In this document: positions 11,659 to 24,800 of the stretch, piece after piece | Position numbering within the stretch: position 1 is the first letter of the stretch | Layout: each line of letters begins with the position of its first letter | Origin: Bugula neritina | Taxonomy: Eukaryota; Animalia; Bryozoa | Assembly (NCBI GenBank): GCA_964035545.1 | Contig: OZ037769.1 | Coordinates: forward strand, 13,174,633-13,238,632 | Direction: 5' to 3' | Length of the DNA stretch: 64,000 nucleotides | The notes under the pieces: generated by a model | The model's input: only the letters and a program-made list of their open reading frames with translations | Database searches by the model: none | What the model was told of the DNA's origin: nothing | Program-made: the position numbers and the translations under genes

Positions 11659-12891
11659 TTAGCTATCAACAAGCATGTTGTCTGTGTATTGAAAAGCCTT
11701 GAAGTCGCATGTTTTTTCACCCTGAGCATTATAATGAAACATTTTGAAACAAACATCACAGTAGTGAGCTGGGTCACAGGGTGAGTGCACGCTGTTGGCA
11801 ACCATCCACTTCACGGGCCTGGTTTGGCACGCATTGCACACGGTGAACTTGAGCGAGCTTGTTGTAAGCTGGAGAGGATATTGTGAAAGCATCTGGCAGT
11901 CATCAGAGTGCATTAGTCTCATATCTGTGAACTGAATAACGTGCTCACAGTTTCCTTGGTGAATAAACACGTAGGGCATGCCAAACCGAATTTTCAGATC
12001 TATCATTTTAGTTAGGCTCATAACCTTAACTGGAAAGCTCTGCGTTACACCTTTTTTTCTTAACCATTCAACGATAGGTTTGCTGTAGTCTAAGGACTCT
12101 AGATTCTGCCGCTCCACATAAAATGTGTTTTCAATAAAGAATATGGCAGAAGTGAATAAGTCCTTTGCTCGCTTTGAGTTTTGCCCACTGTCAGGGGCCA
12201 TGCTAAAGTCTCCGGGAATTTCCAAATCTTTTGGACATTTGATGGCGCCACGAAGCTGGGTGAGACTTGTCTGAGTGAGAATGTGCACGAATAGATTTTT
12301 ATGACCTCGTCTAAAGTTTAACTTCCCAAATGTACTTTGAGGTTTGTGTATGTGTACAGTAATGATTGCTTCAGGTATAGTCATGAGCTGATCGTCTCGC
12401 TTGCTTTTCTTCTTCTTAAGCCTTTCTCGCTCATAATCCATGGCAGCGTACTTGTGCGCCAAATGCTCCTCCTGCTTTGTGCTGTAATCTAAGGCAATGT
12501 TTGACAGCTGCTGATGGGACTGATAGGACATTTTCCTCATATCTCTGTTATTTTTTGAATGTCTTATTGTTTGTAACTTGCACTCTGCGGGTACATCTTC
12601 CAATTTTATGGGTTTTAACGGAGTCATGCCCTCACAGTATAATGACTCTATAGGATTGGTTACAATAAACAATTCCTCTAACAATTCAGCAGGGATATGA
12701 TCGTTTGAACTGACTACCGAGCTGTAAGGAAGGGAGGCAACTCCCTGTAGTGTCAACTCATCTTTAGTGAGGGCAGCCCGCCATCTGGCAATAAAGTCTT
12801 TGATTGACACAAGCTTAGAGACATCAGCAGTTGCTGCTGATATTTCATCGATTTTTTTCAAAAGATCAGGTTCATGGTCCATAGAAGTCAT
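11659..12891 (-). CDS. SNAPC3: snRNA-activating protein complex subunit 3 (SNAP50), intronless CDS, 410 aa
   Basis: Family motifs SAIFFIENTFY and KIRFGMPYVFIHQGNCEH, plus the C-terminal zinc-binding region CNAC...PCDPAHYCDVCFKMFHY. Confidence 0.93.
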   Translation of the reverse strand: MTSMDHEPDLLKKIDEISAATADVSKLVSIKDFIARWRAALTKDELTLQGVASLPYSSVVSSNDHIPAELLEELFIVTNPIESLYCEGMTPLKPIKLEDVPAECKLQTIRHSKNNRDMRKMSYQSHQQLSNIALDYSTKQEEHLAHKYAAMDYERERLKKKKSKRDDQLMTIPEAIITVHIHKPQSTFGKLNFRRGHKNLFVHILTQTSLTQLRGAIKCPKDLEIPGDFSMAPDSGQNSKRAKDLFTSAIFFIENTFYVERQNLESLDYSKPIVEWLRKKGVTQSFPVKVMSLTKMIDLKIRFGMPYVFIHQGNCEHVIQFTDMRLMHSDDCQMLSQYPLQLTTSSLKFTVCNACQTRPVKWMVANSVHSPCDPAHYCDVCFKMFHYNAQGEKTCDFKAFQYTDNMLVDS

Positions 12892-13559
12892 TTCTAAAAC
12901 ACAGCCATAAGTAAGACTTACCTTTAGTATTTAGCAAAATGTAACTGCTGTAATCACATGGTGAGTAATTGTGTAGGTAAAATGTAATTTATTTTTCAAC
13001 TTTTTACCAGCACAAACCAGTTGAAATTAATTTACTATAAAACCAATCTTCAAAAGTGTAATGTAGTGTTAAGCAGTGATTTCAGTCATAACATAATCCA
13101 TAAATATTTTTATGATCAACTTTAGATGCATTAAACAATACTTTTACTGCAAGTAATTACATTTAAAATGCTAAATTTTTTGACCACTGCCAGATGTTAC
13201 AATTTGCTAAAGTATTTTAAGCTATTAAACAATTCTGTCAATAGGGAAGAATGGGATAAACTTCATAGCTCCAAATTGCCTATCACTGTCAATGCAGCAG
13301 CAAATTGACTACAATTGTACTTTTAAAGATATAGTATCATGACTAAAGTTTATTTTAGTTTTTTATAACAGCTTATAGCTTTAACTTATTGATAATTATA
13401 CTACGATAATAACACATTTAGTTTAATTGGTGACTGTCACTGTGAGAGTTTAAAAATAAAAGTAGACCAAACTGAGCATCACTTATAATATTAGTTGAAT
13501 AACAATATTGTAACTCTCGCTACCCGAACAGAACAAAGCGGAGAATAGGTGAGAAAAAT

Positions 13560-14900
13560 TATAATAACTAATTTTACTATTAGAATAGGTATTACATTTA
13601 CTACTAACATTAGTATTACTATCACTATTACTATTTGTATTAATAACTAATTTCAATTTTCATTTTGACTGAAGCTGATGCATCTAACTTTCTAGGTTAT
13701 GCTCATATTTCGTATTCATACTATTTGATGCCAATTACTTATTGGTTGTTACATTTAGTTTTACTAAGCTTAAGCCTAATAGACAATAACAATTCGTTAG
13801 AATTTAACCTTAATTAAAATTTATACTAAAACTAAAAGTAAAAGTAGTATAAAATAAAGATGAAAATAGTTTTACCAAAGCACGGTTTGAGTTATTGTTG
13901 AAACTAAAAAGAAAATAAAATTAAAGTATTACTATTAGTATTAGTATAAAAGTTAAAACATAAAGTTTAACTAAAACTAAAAGTAAAACAGTTTTAGTAA
14001 AACTAAAAGTAAAAGTAAAAGTAAAACTAAGTCATACCGGTACCTGGCTATGTTAAACTTAATATAGTATAAATAGGCTCTAAAAAAGCAAAGTAAAAGT
14101 AAATTATTTCGACCACATAAAATCTGAAGCACCTTAACAATATTAACAAGCGTGTTTCATAGAGACTGAGTAATATTTTTATCCCTTTGAAATAACCACA
14201 AACTCAAAAGAATAAAAACAATTTTAGACTTCTCGGAAATATTTGAGAACGTTATGATACCGGTTGTGAAGTCAGTAGAATACTCTGTTACACGTTATTT
14301 AAAACGCAAAATTTTTTAATTAATTTTTAATAAAAATTTTAAAAATTTTTAATAAATTAAAAATAATTTCTTTTGCATTTAAGTTTTACATAAACAAAAG
14401 CGGTAAAGTATACTTTCTCTATTTTAACTTCAGCTTTATCCGGTTCATAGTGCAATGGGAAAACCCCCTTTTACAATATTTTATTTGTTATACTAATAGA
14501 TTGTAAATGTTGACGCTATCACAAGGCTCATATTTTAGCTAGAATACTTTTATTACTGCGGGTCACCCTATTCTTTAATGATAATTAATGACGTTGTACA
14601 ATAATCAATAATGAATATTTAGTGATGCTAATACTAATACTAATAGTAATAGTAATACTAATAGTAATACTTGTACTAAATCTAATAGTAAATCACTAAA
14701 TGTAATACTCATACTGTAATAGTAATACTAATAGACATTCACATAGTGATACTGATAGTAAAACTAGAATTAAATGTATTACTAAGAGTAAGTATAACAC
14801 AGTATTATTAATAATACTATTAATAGAAATACTAATGTAATGCTAGTGCTAATAGTAGTTTACTAATGAGCATTGAGTTTATCGTAGTACTAGTTGAATA
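13560..14900. promoter_or_regulatory. Intergenic region between divergent SNAPC3 and AMACR (probable bidirectional promoter, with AT-rich low-complexity tracts)
   Basis: Head-to-head ATGs ~2.2 kb apart (12891 minus, 15102 plus). Transcription start sites cannot be determined from sequence. Confidence 0.4.
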
Positions 14901-15101
14901 TTAATTTTTTTATAATTATAAAATTAAATTAATAATTATTAGAATTAACATTGCAAATATAATGCATTTCAAATTTCTGCCTGTTATCTGCATTGCGCCA
15001 GATGCATATGCATACAAAACATGTTTTGCTTCAGGCTCACAAACTGTAGACACTCCTTCTATGGTCCCACACACCCCTAGACACCAGCACCCTGATTGGC
15101 C

Positions 15102-18100
15102 ATGGCACTAAAAGGCATTAGAGTTGTTGAGATGGCCGGGCTGGCCCCTGGACCCTTCTGTGGTATGGTACTGGCCGACCATGGTGCTAATGTAATACGA
15201 ATTGACAAGGCAGGCAGAGCTATAATAAACATGCTATAAAAGTGTTTGATTTTCACATTACTAAAACCAATTTACATGTTTATCTTGCATGCTACAGTTA
15301 AGAGGTGCATTACCTGACACTCTATCCAGAGGAAAAAGGTCTTTGGCTGTAGATCTGAAGCACACTGAGGGTGTTGGTGTCGTTAGAAGAGTGTGTCAGC
15401 ATGCTGATGTCTTCATTGAGCCCTTCAGACCCGGTAGGATTTCACCTCTTATCAATTTCTTCTAGCGCCTTGGCTGTAGTAGCTCATTGTATGGGAACTA
15501 ACTTAGTGAAGTATGAATTTGTAGTGTTGAGTTTACTCAGTGGCCCATGTGTAATGGTAGTGTGCCTGCTTGCAATCCGGAGGTCTTGGGTTCGGGTCGT
15601 AGTGGGGTAAAAGTTTTATAGAATCTGAAAGAATTCCTATATAAATGTTAACAATAGTTGAGAAATTCTTAGTTAAACATAGTTTATTTTCATTTTTAAG
15701 TCTGAGAAAAAGGGCTGCGTATTTGTCCTACATTCTTATATAAGAAAGTGTCTTGATTCTTTTATGTTGATGACAAATAATCACATTTACTTAAAAGTTT
15801 TGGAATTAGGAATTTTGTCTAGAATGAATAACAAACAATGTAGATATTTTTACCACTCTGAAGTAGACTGACATTAGATGAACAACAAGATTTAGTTCTC
15901 GCCTATTTGTGGCAGTCGAGTTTCTAATTAACAAGGCTACAGTGTTTATTCAGTAGGTTTGGAGTGGAGAGTAGATTTTATCATGCAGCTAGATCAGTTA
16001 TTGTCCAGTGCTAGTCTTTCATACTCATTCTTTAATTCTCAAGATGATTGATAATATTAAATTTGAGTTTATTGCAAGGAAGTAAATAAAATCATGGCTG
16101 CAATAACATGCTTGCTGGGAGTACAGCATATATAGCAACTGGGTAGTAGTAGTAGTAGCAACTGGCTCTCACAGTTACAGAGAAGTTATTTATAGTTGGT
16201 ATTCGTATTATCTGTGATAAACCCTTGTTGGTTTGAAACCAGGTGTGATGGAGAAGTTAGGACTCGGACCGGCTGTTCTGTGTGGAGATAACTCTAAACT
16301 CATTTACGCTAGACTTACTGGGTTTGGACAGACTGGTGACAATAAGCATATGGCTGGTCATGATATTAACTATATAGCCACTTCAGGTACGGTATCACAT
16401 ATTATGTGTAGACTAAGTGTGTGTTTGTGTGTGCGGGTGTGTATGTTATTGGTTGTAATATTTGTTGCAATCAGTAAAATGTTGTTGGAATAACGTAATT
16501 AGAGAGAGCAGCTGTGGTCTAGGGGTTAGAGGGTTTGCCTTGTAAACACGAAGTCATGGGTTCGAGCCCAGACAAAGGCCATTGGTGATGTTAGGAAGAG
16601 CATCCAGTCATATTTGCTCCTGTGCCACATCTGAATAAGTCCTTTGCCTGCCTTAAAAACACTTTCTATTAAGTGTTTCTCACAGAGGTTGTGAAGTTAA
16701 ACTTGCTTCAGTTTTTTTATTGAAATAACATCAACAAGTTCTTTCTTCAACTGTGCCTAACTTTTTTTAACATCCAGGTGTTTTGTCACGATTTGGTAGA
16801 CGAGATGCTAAGCCTACGCCTCCTGTTAATCTAATGGCAGACTTCGCAGGAGGTGGACTCATGTGTGCTGTTGGTATTCTATTAGCTCTCTTAGAGAGGG
16901 CAACTTCTGGGAAAGGTCAAGTTATTGACTGTAACATGGTGCAGGGGTCAGCATATGTTAGTAAGTTTATTCTACATACAGTAAATATATTATATTATAT
17001 AGTTTATTCTATTAGTTTTTTATATATAATAAATATATATTTCTAGTGTAAAGCCTCCAAGTTGTATTTATGCACTCATTTGCTGCATGATTAGGAGTTA
17101 TCTTTTCTTTACAACATCCATACCTCTTTCTAGTTCATATTTATATATTTGTAGGGCATAATGTGGTATCTTCAAAGTTAAATGAAAAATACATTTAAAT
17201 TGGCCTAAATTGAGTTTTTGTCTAGTATCTTCACATTCTAAACTGTGATCTACATAATACTCAGGTTCTTTCCTCTGGTCCTCTCTCGGTGCTACGTATG
17301 GTGAGGGGCTGTGGGGTAAGCCCCGCGGGGAGAACCTCCTGGATAGTGGGGCTCCCTTCTATGACACATACAAGACCAAGGATGGTAAATACATGGCTGT
17401 GGGAGCTCTAGAGCCTCAGTTCTATAGCATTTTACTTGAAGGTTAGTGGGTCATACCACCCCTACTTTACTCTGAGTTGGTATTGAAGTAATTATCTCTC
17501 AGTGAAATAAGCAGTGTGATCGTTTTGTTTTAGTTTGTGAATGGGTTTAGATGATAATATGGCAAGATAAAACAGTAAAGATGTGGAGATTATTTAGCAC
17601 ATTTATTTAGCTGTAACGGATCCAGTTAATGCATTTTCAACTCATAGACATAGAGTAGACAACTCTTAACACAAATAACATAAGTGATGTAATTTATATG
17701 GTAACACTAGGCAGACAATTCCCAATATTTCCTTGTTGCCAAGTAATAGCTGCAGCTCACTACAGGCGGGTTATTATTGCATCCAGTTAGTTGCTACTAA
17801 ATTGTTTGTGATGTTTGCTGTTTATTTGCTGCCAGATGCAGTATGTTAGTTATTAGTATTTATTAGCATTGTTTCAGTTTCATATAGGCATTGCTTGGTG
17901 CAAAATCTACACCCTTTATTTGCACATTAAGTTCTATTGAATTTTCATTAGAGTTTCATTTTGTTAATGGGTATCATCTATTAATTATTCTAGTGTCTTG
18001 TTATTCAAGTACTGAGTTTGTACGTATAGCCTTAGGTTTAGATGAAGATAAGTACTCACAGTTTGGGGAATGGACAGCTCTTCGTGAAAAGTTTACCGAT

Positions 18101-19513
18101 ACCTTCGCTACAAAGACTCAATCTGAGTGGACAGCCATATTTGCTGGTAAAGACGCTTGTGTCACTCCTGTGGTGGAGTTGGAAGATGCGCATAAACAGT
18201 CTTATAACAGACATGTATGTAATAACTATATGCAGAGTTACTATACTAACTATACTAACTACACCCATAGTTACTGTATACAGAGTTACTATACTAACTA
18301 CACCCATAGTTACTGTATACAGAGTTACTATACTAACTATTCTTACTACACCCATAGTTACTGTATACAGAGTTACTATACTAACTATTCTTACTACACC
18401 CATAGTTACTGTATACAGAGTTACTATACTAACTATTCTTACTACACCCATAGTTACTGTATACAGAGTTACTATACTAACTATACTAACTACACCCATA
18501 GTTACTATATACAGAGTTACTATACTAACTATTCTTACTACACCCATAGGTACTATATACAGAGTTACTATACTAACTATTCTTACTACACCCATAGGTA
18601 CTGAACTAACTACACCCATGGGTACTGAACTAACTATACAGAGTTAGGCTAGGGCCACACGGCGCGGATTTTCTGCATGCGGATCCAAATTTTTGTAAAC
18701 CCGTCCCGGGAACAACCTGCCACACACAATGTGTGAGTTGTAGGTGCGGAAATTTTTTAGCTAATGATCTTGGAATTTAACTTTACTGCTCGCCTACAGA
18801 CTTATGTTTTTAAATCGTCATCAGCAAATTGACTTTAGATAATATTATAAAATCAGAAATGCAAACTATATGAAACTGTTTTAATTCAGTCCGCTAAAAA
18901 ACTAAAACAAGAATTGAAATTAAAAAAGTGTGCTTGCTAAATGGTAATCGGCCAATTAGATTAAACACGCACAAGCTTTCTGCACTTCCCGCTCAGCATG
19001 CTACCCGCATGAAAACCCGCACACAACAGCCTATGTTTGGGCTAGACGGGTTTCCCCGTCGTGTGGCCCTACGCTTACTATACTAACTACATCCATAGTT
19101 GCTATAAGTACTATACAACTTGTAAGTGTATATTTGGCTATATTTGTGCTACCAAGTTTAACCTGCTCAATACTGGTCACTTGAGACTGTAGCAATAACT
19201 TTGAATTTACTCTACTCCTATATGTGCTGGTAGAGCATTTAATCTGTTTATTCTTTTGCTGCGTTTCTTTTTTGTTGTGAATTATAATATATGTTCCATA
19301 TTCTAGCTGTTTGTCAGGGATGATGGAGGACGTTACCAGCCCACTCCTGCTCCAGTTCTATCTCGTACTCCTGCTCATCTAACTGCGGGCTCTCTACCCA
19401 GCCCCGGACAGCATAGCACTAGTGTTCTTAAGGAATGTGGTCTAACCTCTGTAGAAATAGACAGCCTGATCAGTAAAGGGACCATATTTCAGTCTGTGAA
19501 CAGCAAATTATGA
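15102..19513 (+). CDS. AMACR: Alpha-methylacyl-CoA racemase (family III CoA-transferase fold), 7 coding exons, 379 aa
   Basis: Exons 15102-15209, 15298-15433, 16243-16386, 16778-16960, 17265-17441, 18030-18214, 19307-19513 join in frame (1140 nt). Motifs: [58 protein letters not shown] (catalytic His), [10 protein letters not shown] (catalytic Asp), [21 protein letters not shown]-terminus is SKL (PTS1). Confidence 0.95.
15537..15612 (+). mobile_element. tRNA-derived SINE-like repeat, family 1
   Basis: A-box-like tgtgtaatggta, anticodon-arm-like gcttgcaatcc and B-box-like gggttcgggtc; related copies at 38499, 40597, 42521 and 59085. Confidence 0.55.
16506..16666 (+). mobile_element. tRNA-derived SINE, family 2
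   Basis: A box tggtctagggg, B box ggttcgagccc, then the body ggtgatgttaggaagagcatccagtcata; homologous minus-strand copies at 21690 and 32734. Confidence 0.75.
18224..18646. repeat. ~42-bp minisatellite in AMACR intron 6
   Basis: Repeated unit tatacagagttactatactaactattcttactacacccatagttac; it is the source of the three overlapping repetitive ORFs. Confidence 0.95.
18647..19074. mobile_element. MITE family B (PIF/Harbinger, Tourist-like) with TTA target duplication
   Basis: TIRs tagggccacacg...cgtgtggcccta; TTA at 18644-18646 and 19075-19077; second copy at 42564-43004. Confidence 0.85.
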
Positions 19514-20059
19514 GCAGCGTTTATGTGTAACATGGAAGGACAACTCTATAAAAGAATAAATACTAATTGAAGTTTAAAAGTTTTAGGTTCAAATTTTTAT
19601 AAAAGCTTACTATTCTATTAGATGTGCAATTTTAGATGCTATGCGCGTAAATATAATTCACTCTGCTTTGTGATGTGAGATATAATCACTGCTCATGTGA
19701 ATTATTGATAATTAAAATAACCTACAGTGGGTACAGCCTTCCTGGTCTGTTATACCAAAGCCTTCTAGAATGTTCTGCCATGTTGAATCAACATAGTTTT
19801 TTTCTGATTTCATCATAAATTTTGTAATTTTCATGTATCCTAAATATATTTTACTAAATTTTGAAAGGACAAAGTTTTAACTACATGTTTTTGCCTTTTA
19901 TAAAATGATACATTTGTTACATCATTTTGCAAAGATCATGTAGCATTCTATTTAGGTAATATGATTCAGTATTATTTACAGAATTTGAAAAATAAATTTT
20001 TACCCGGTCATGTTGAAATGATACTTTATGCAGAAGTATTATGTTAAAGAGATGTAAAA

Positions 20060-20200
20060 TAATATTTATATTATATTATATTCTATTATATCATTATATT
20101 ATATTATTACATTATATTCTATTATATTTTATCATTATATTATATTATATCATTATTATATTATATCATTATTATATTATATCATTATTATATTATATTA
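20060..20200. repeat. AT-rich low-complexity (TAT/TATTA)n tract
   Basis: Seen directly in the sequence. Confidence 0.85.
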
Positions 20201-21009
20201 TTTCCGCTGAGCTGGATGAACTTTTATAGTTATTATTTTTTTCATCAGGAAGTGTTACAAACAGGATGTAGCTTTTCTGCAAGGTGAGTCTCAATAGAAA
20301 CTTCCGGAAGTCTCTTTGCAGCATCTAAGGATTGTCAGCTAACATTGAGTGACCGGGTCATGATAATTTAGCATGTTTATCTTAAAAGACGAAAGGGCAT
20401 TGTTGAAAATTAATTTTCACCGGAAGGCGAAGTAATGCAATCAGTGGAAATGCATCTAACCAGCTAGATGTTGCAATTCATTATTAGCTACAGTTGTCTA
20501 GGAAGTTGCATAAAATCACAAAAAGGTTAAGATGGCCTCCAGAGAAAAACTCTCTTCCTTCCACCACCAAGTCTATTGACTGCAGACTATATGAAACCAG
20601 TAAATATATAAAATCAGTCACAATTGGAATGGTCAAATACAGGCTTCGCAAAAATAATTATAATCACAATAATAGCAATACATATGGGAGTTATATGTGA
20701 TATATTGAGTTTATCAATTCAGAAATAGCACAAAGTCAATAAATTGCTACCCTTTTTGCTGATTGGCTGCTAAGAGTGAATGCAGTTCAACTGCTTTTCA
20801 AATCGAAAGTTGAAATACAACAGTGGTACAAATTGGATGCTAGAATATCCGTAATAATTTGATGGTTTTTATAGAATGGGGTAGAATCAGTATTACCTTA
20901 TCATTGACAACCCTATACCATATTGTATTACTGTGCGGTATCAGTATTGTGTTATCTATGCTATAAAATCATTAATGCGTACTGCAGTTTCTATGGCGTG
21001 TACTAAATT

Positions 21010-21080
21010 TGTGTGTGTGCGTGCGTGTGCGTGCGTGTCTGTGCGTGTGTGTGCGTGTGTGTGTGTGCGTGTGTGTGTGT
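21010..21080. repeat. (GT)n/(GCGT)n microsatellite
   Basis: Seen directly in the sequence. Confidence 0.9.
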
Positions 21081-21689
21081 AATGCTACATGCACATAACG
21101 CACAGTATCTATTATATGCATCAATCATAAAAATATTGATGAAGGAAAAGAAGCTGTTATAGAAATAAAGTATATACTGTATGTCTGTACAGCAACAGAG
21201 CTGGGACAAGATTTGCATTTAATAAACATTTAGAAGCCTCTGGCAATATTGTATACTGTTCTATATTTAGACAACATTTTTACGTTGTTTACATATCGAA
21301 CAATGCTGTGCCAATTAGCATCAATTGATCGTTTACTAAGCTTAAAAATTACATTAATGCATGCGTGACTGACTGAATGGTGAGGAGAACAAACTTGATC
21401 CAGCACACAGTTATATAGAATAGTCAACTAATCTTCAACAATGCTTTTGGATAGTGTCTAAGAAAGAAGGCTGTTTGCATAACTATATAGGAATTAATCG
21501 CTATAGTTTGTATTATTTGTATTTCTCTATTTTCTACTATTTGCTGCCAGCTTTAAGCAACGTTCGCTGCCCACTGACACTCTTGTGTCCACTCAGCGCT
21601 GCTTTAATAATTCACCTCTTGCCTCGGTCTAATTTAAACCCAACTGCTTTTCTCATAAGTCTGATTATCTAATAGCTCAAGGGGCTTTG

Positions 21690-21863
21690 TAGTCGCTATC
21701 CCTGATATGGAAAGGGTTTTTTTTAGAGCGGATAAGGATTTTCTCCAATGTGGCAAAGGAGCAATTATGACTGAATGCTCTTCTTAACATCGCTGTTGGT
21801 GTTTGAACCACTGACCTCATGCTTACTAGGCCAGCACTCTAGCCACTACACCACGGCTGCTCC
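21690..21863 (-). mobile_element. tRNA-derived SINE, family 2
   Basis: The reverse complement aligns with 16506-16666 and the forward sequence with 32734-32926 (ggagcaattatgactgaatgctcttcttaacatc). Confidence 0.7.
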
Positions 21864-24800
21864 TACTGATTAATAACTGAAATGGTAAATTATAGCACTA
21901 CAAAATAAGTTTTAAACATTTTCCACTTTACTGAAAAGTATTAGTGCAATCTGAAAAAGAATAACGGAAAACAAATATAAAGTTGAAATTTGTCAACTGT
22001 AAGCCCTACAGTACTGATTTTTTAATAAATTTATTTTCTTATTGAGTAACACAATTAGTTCCCACACTAATCCATACCCCTCGACAGCCTTTTTTATAAC
22101 ACTTGGGCTATTTTTATAAAAAAGAATTCCCTTGTGCTTTTTTCCATGAAACTTTAATGCAGTCAGTTTAGTGCAGCTTCAAAAGATCCATTTTAATAGT
22201 TAGATTTGTAAAATTGAAGGAGGTGAAAAAGCAGCATTGATCTTCCAGTAATAGAGGTTTCGCATCAATGCTCTTAATTTTTAGTGCAAATATTTCAACA
22301 CCACTTTATTCCTTTTTAAATTAGTGCAATTTTAAACTAATCATAATTATCTTTCATATACCGTGCATTACAAAATGTGTATATTATAAGTGCATTAAAA
22401 TAAGCCGTCAATTAAAAATATTGTTTTATGAATAAAGCAATTAGTAAAGCTTTAATTAAATTCTTCAGAAGCTAAGAAGGCAGATTAATTAATAAACCGT
22501 TTATTGTGTTTTCACAGGAGCTTGAAAGAAAATGATTTTTGTGCACCTGAGCTGTAATATTTATGGATTGAAATTAGCGCTATTGTCAACAATGTAGGAA
22601 TTCATCTACCAATATAAATTAAGCAAATTATGTTCTATAGAATATAATAGTGTATAATAATAATAATTGCTATGTTAGCAGACATTATACAGTAGTATAA
22701 TGAGTCTATAGTAATTTATAATGCATATCATCATTTTCCAAAGATATAACTTTATATAGCAGCCAAGTCAGTTACCTGCTGGTACCTCCTCCAGACTAAA
22801 ACCTTATCTAATGTCTCAGCCATTATGTATATATTATGTTATCATTCTATACTTTAGCTCCATGTTTTAGGTTTTCGGTTTTGCATGTACACAATATAAC
22901 CAACTTACTGTGTTTTAAACTTTTTATCAGCATCATAAGCTGTGGAATGAGAAAATTTGACCTTCATTACTGCTGCTTAAGTTTATAAGTTTTAAAGAAG
23001 GCATCGGGCTGAACAATTTTTCACAATTCTCCCAGTTATTCAATTTGCATTTTGTGCTGCAGGTAATTTGGTTTAACATTTTTTTTTAACACGACAGCCT
23101 TAGTTGGAGTGTCTCAACTGCTTGCAATACTCTCACTTATTAATGTTATACATGCAATATTTCCTTCCTTATACATGCCAAATGTTTGCTAGTAGAGAGA
23201 GCAAATAACTTAAAATAAAATGCCAGATATTATTGTAGTCAAAAGATATTTATTTCACTTGCAGGAAAAAGCCTTTTTTTTAATTTTTCAACAACTCCCT
23301 ATACTTCATTACAGAGAGGTTTTCTGTGTCATTGGGTAGAACAGAATTAATGGGGTAGTTAGTTCAAAGGATAGTCAATGGCATAAATTTACTTTGCACT
23401 TTCGCCAAATATATAGCTTTATTTTCAACACCGAACTTCATATAAACAAATATCACATTTAATTTAAGCTATAAATTGCACCTGCAGCACACCGTGTGTA
23501 TTTGTGTCCTTGGTTCTATTTCAGTATTGATTTTAGAAATCAAACCATGAAAATATAAAAGCAACTTAACATCGCACTTCCTCTTTCTCAAGATTTGAGA
23601 TGAACACACAAAGGGGCCAGCAGTGTGTTTACTAATGGCTTCAGTGGACACGTTGTGTTCAGGAAAGTGAATTAGCAAGTAGAGGCACTTCCTCTTGCAC
23701 TTGAGTCGTCGGTTGGTATCCTAGCAACTGAAATGGTTAGTGAGACTTTAACTGTAGCTATGACTGTGACTATCTGGGACTGAGACTGTGAAAGACACTG
23801 ACACTGAAAGGGTTAGTGATCGAGGCCTTAACTGACACTGAAACTATAACTATGACTGTGACTTTGACTATTTGGAATTTAGACTGTGAAAGAGGTAGTC
23901 TCAGCTCCCTCTAGTCTTAAGCAATATGTTATGAAAGTAATAGCCATATATATTTCAAATTTCATATCGCAAAAAGAAACATGACCAGATAATAAAGGTA
24001 TGATTCTGTTTTCAAGTATTTTACTAGGTGACTAAATCAAGTGAAACTGAAAAAAAACCCAGAAAAGTATGACTTTAATGATGTTACTACAGTGTATTCA
24101 ATCAAAACCAGTCTAACGTTTAAAAAAGCTGCAGTTATTTTTCTTATGATTATTGTCACACTTTTGCTTGTCATTCCTACCCAAGCGGTAACTTTTTGTG
24201 ACTTGCTTATTTAATTAAAAACAATATCAACTATTGTTAGACATCAATTATTGTCCCTCCATGAACAAATAGCCTCTGGCTAGAACTACAGCATAGAGTT
24301 GAGGCTAAAAGCAATGTTTCATAAATAATGAATGAATGAACTACATGAAGTGTAAAGATTCAATCATTCAAAATACTGACTTAGTTTATTGAAGGCCCTT
24401 AAAGTTATATTTTAGTTCTACTCAAATTTCATTCACCAGGTCTATAAATAGAAGGAATTGTTTGACTTGGACTCGTACCTTTTGTTTATTGCATACACTT
24501 TGAATTATCCAAGTATTACATTTATTTTACTAATTGTCTGTTTGCTCTACTATATAACAGTTAACACACAACTTGCATAATATATTATAGTTCTTGAAAC
24601 AGCCGCGCTGCTATATTCATTTACGCACAAGTTGAAGCTTTGCGCTAGGTACTTGCACTTTTGACTAGAAACTTTTTAAATGCAAAAGTGGTTCTCTTCA
24701 AGCATCAATGTTTTAAAGAACAGGCTTTAGTGTTGAACAGTTATTTGGTTCAATTGGCTTTTTATTTTCTTCAAATTAAAGGCATTACTGAAACATCTGC

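Noticed and set aside
12894-12921. 28-nt GT-AG intron immediately upstream of the SNAPC3 ATG
   Set aside because: Much shorter than any other intron seen here (shortest 88 nt); the acceptor more likely pairs with a distant donor.
17891-18647. Three long repetitive ORFs (237, 201 and 187 aa)
   Set aside because: Only 18030-18214 is an AMACR exon; the rest is read-through into an intronic minisatellite.
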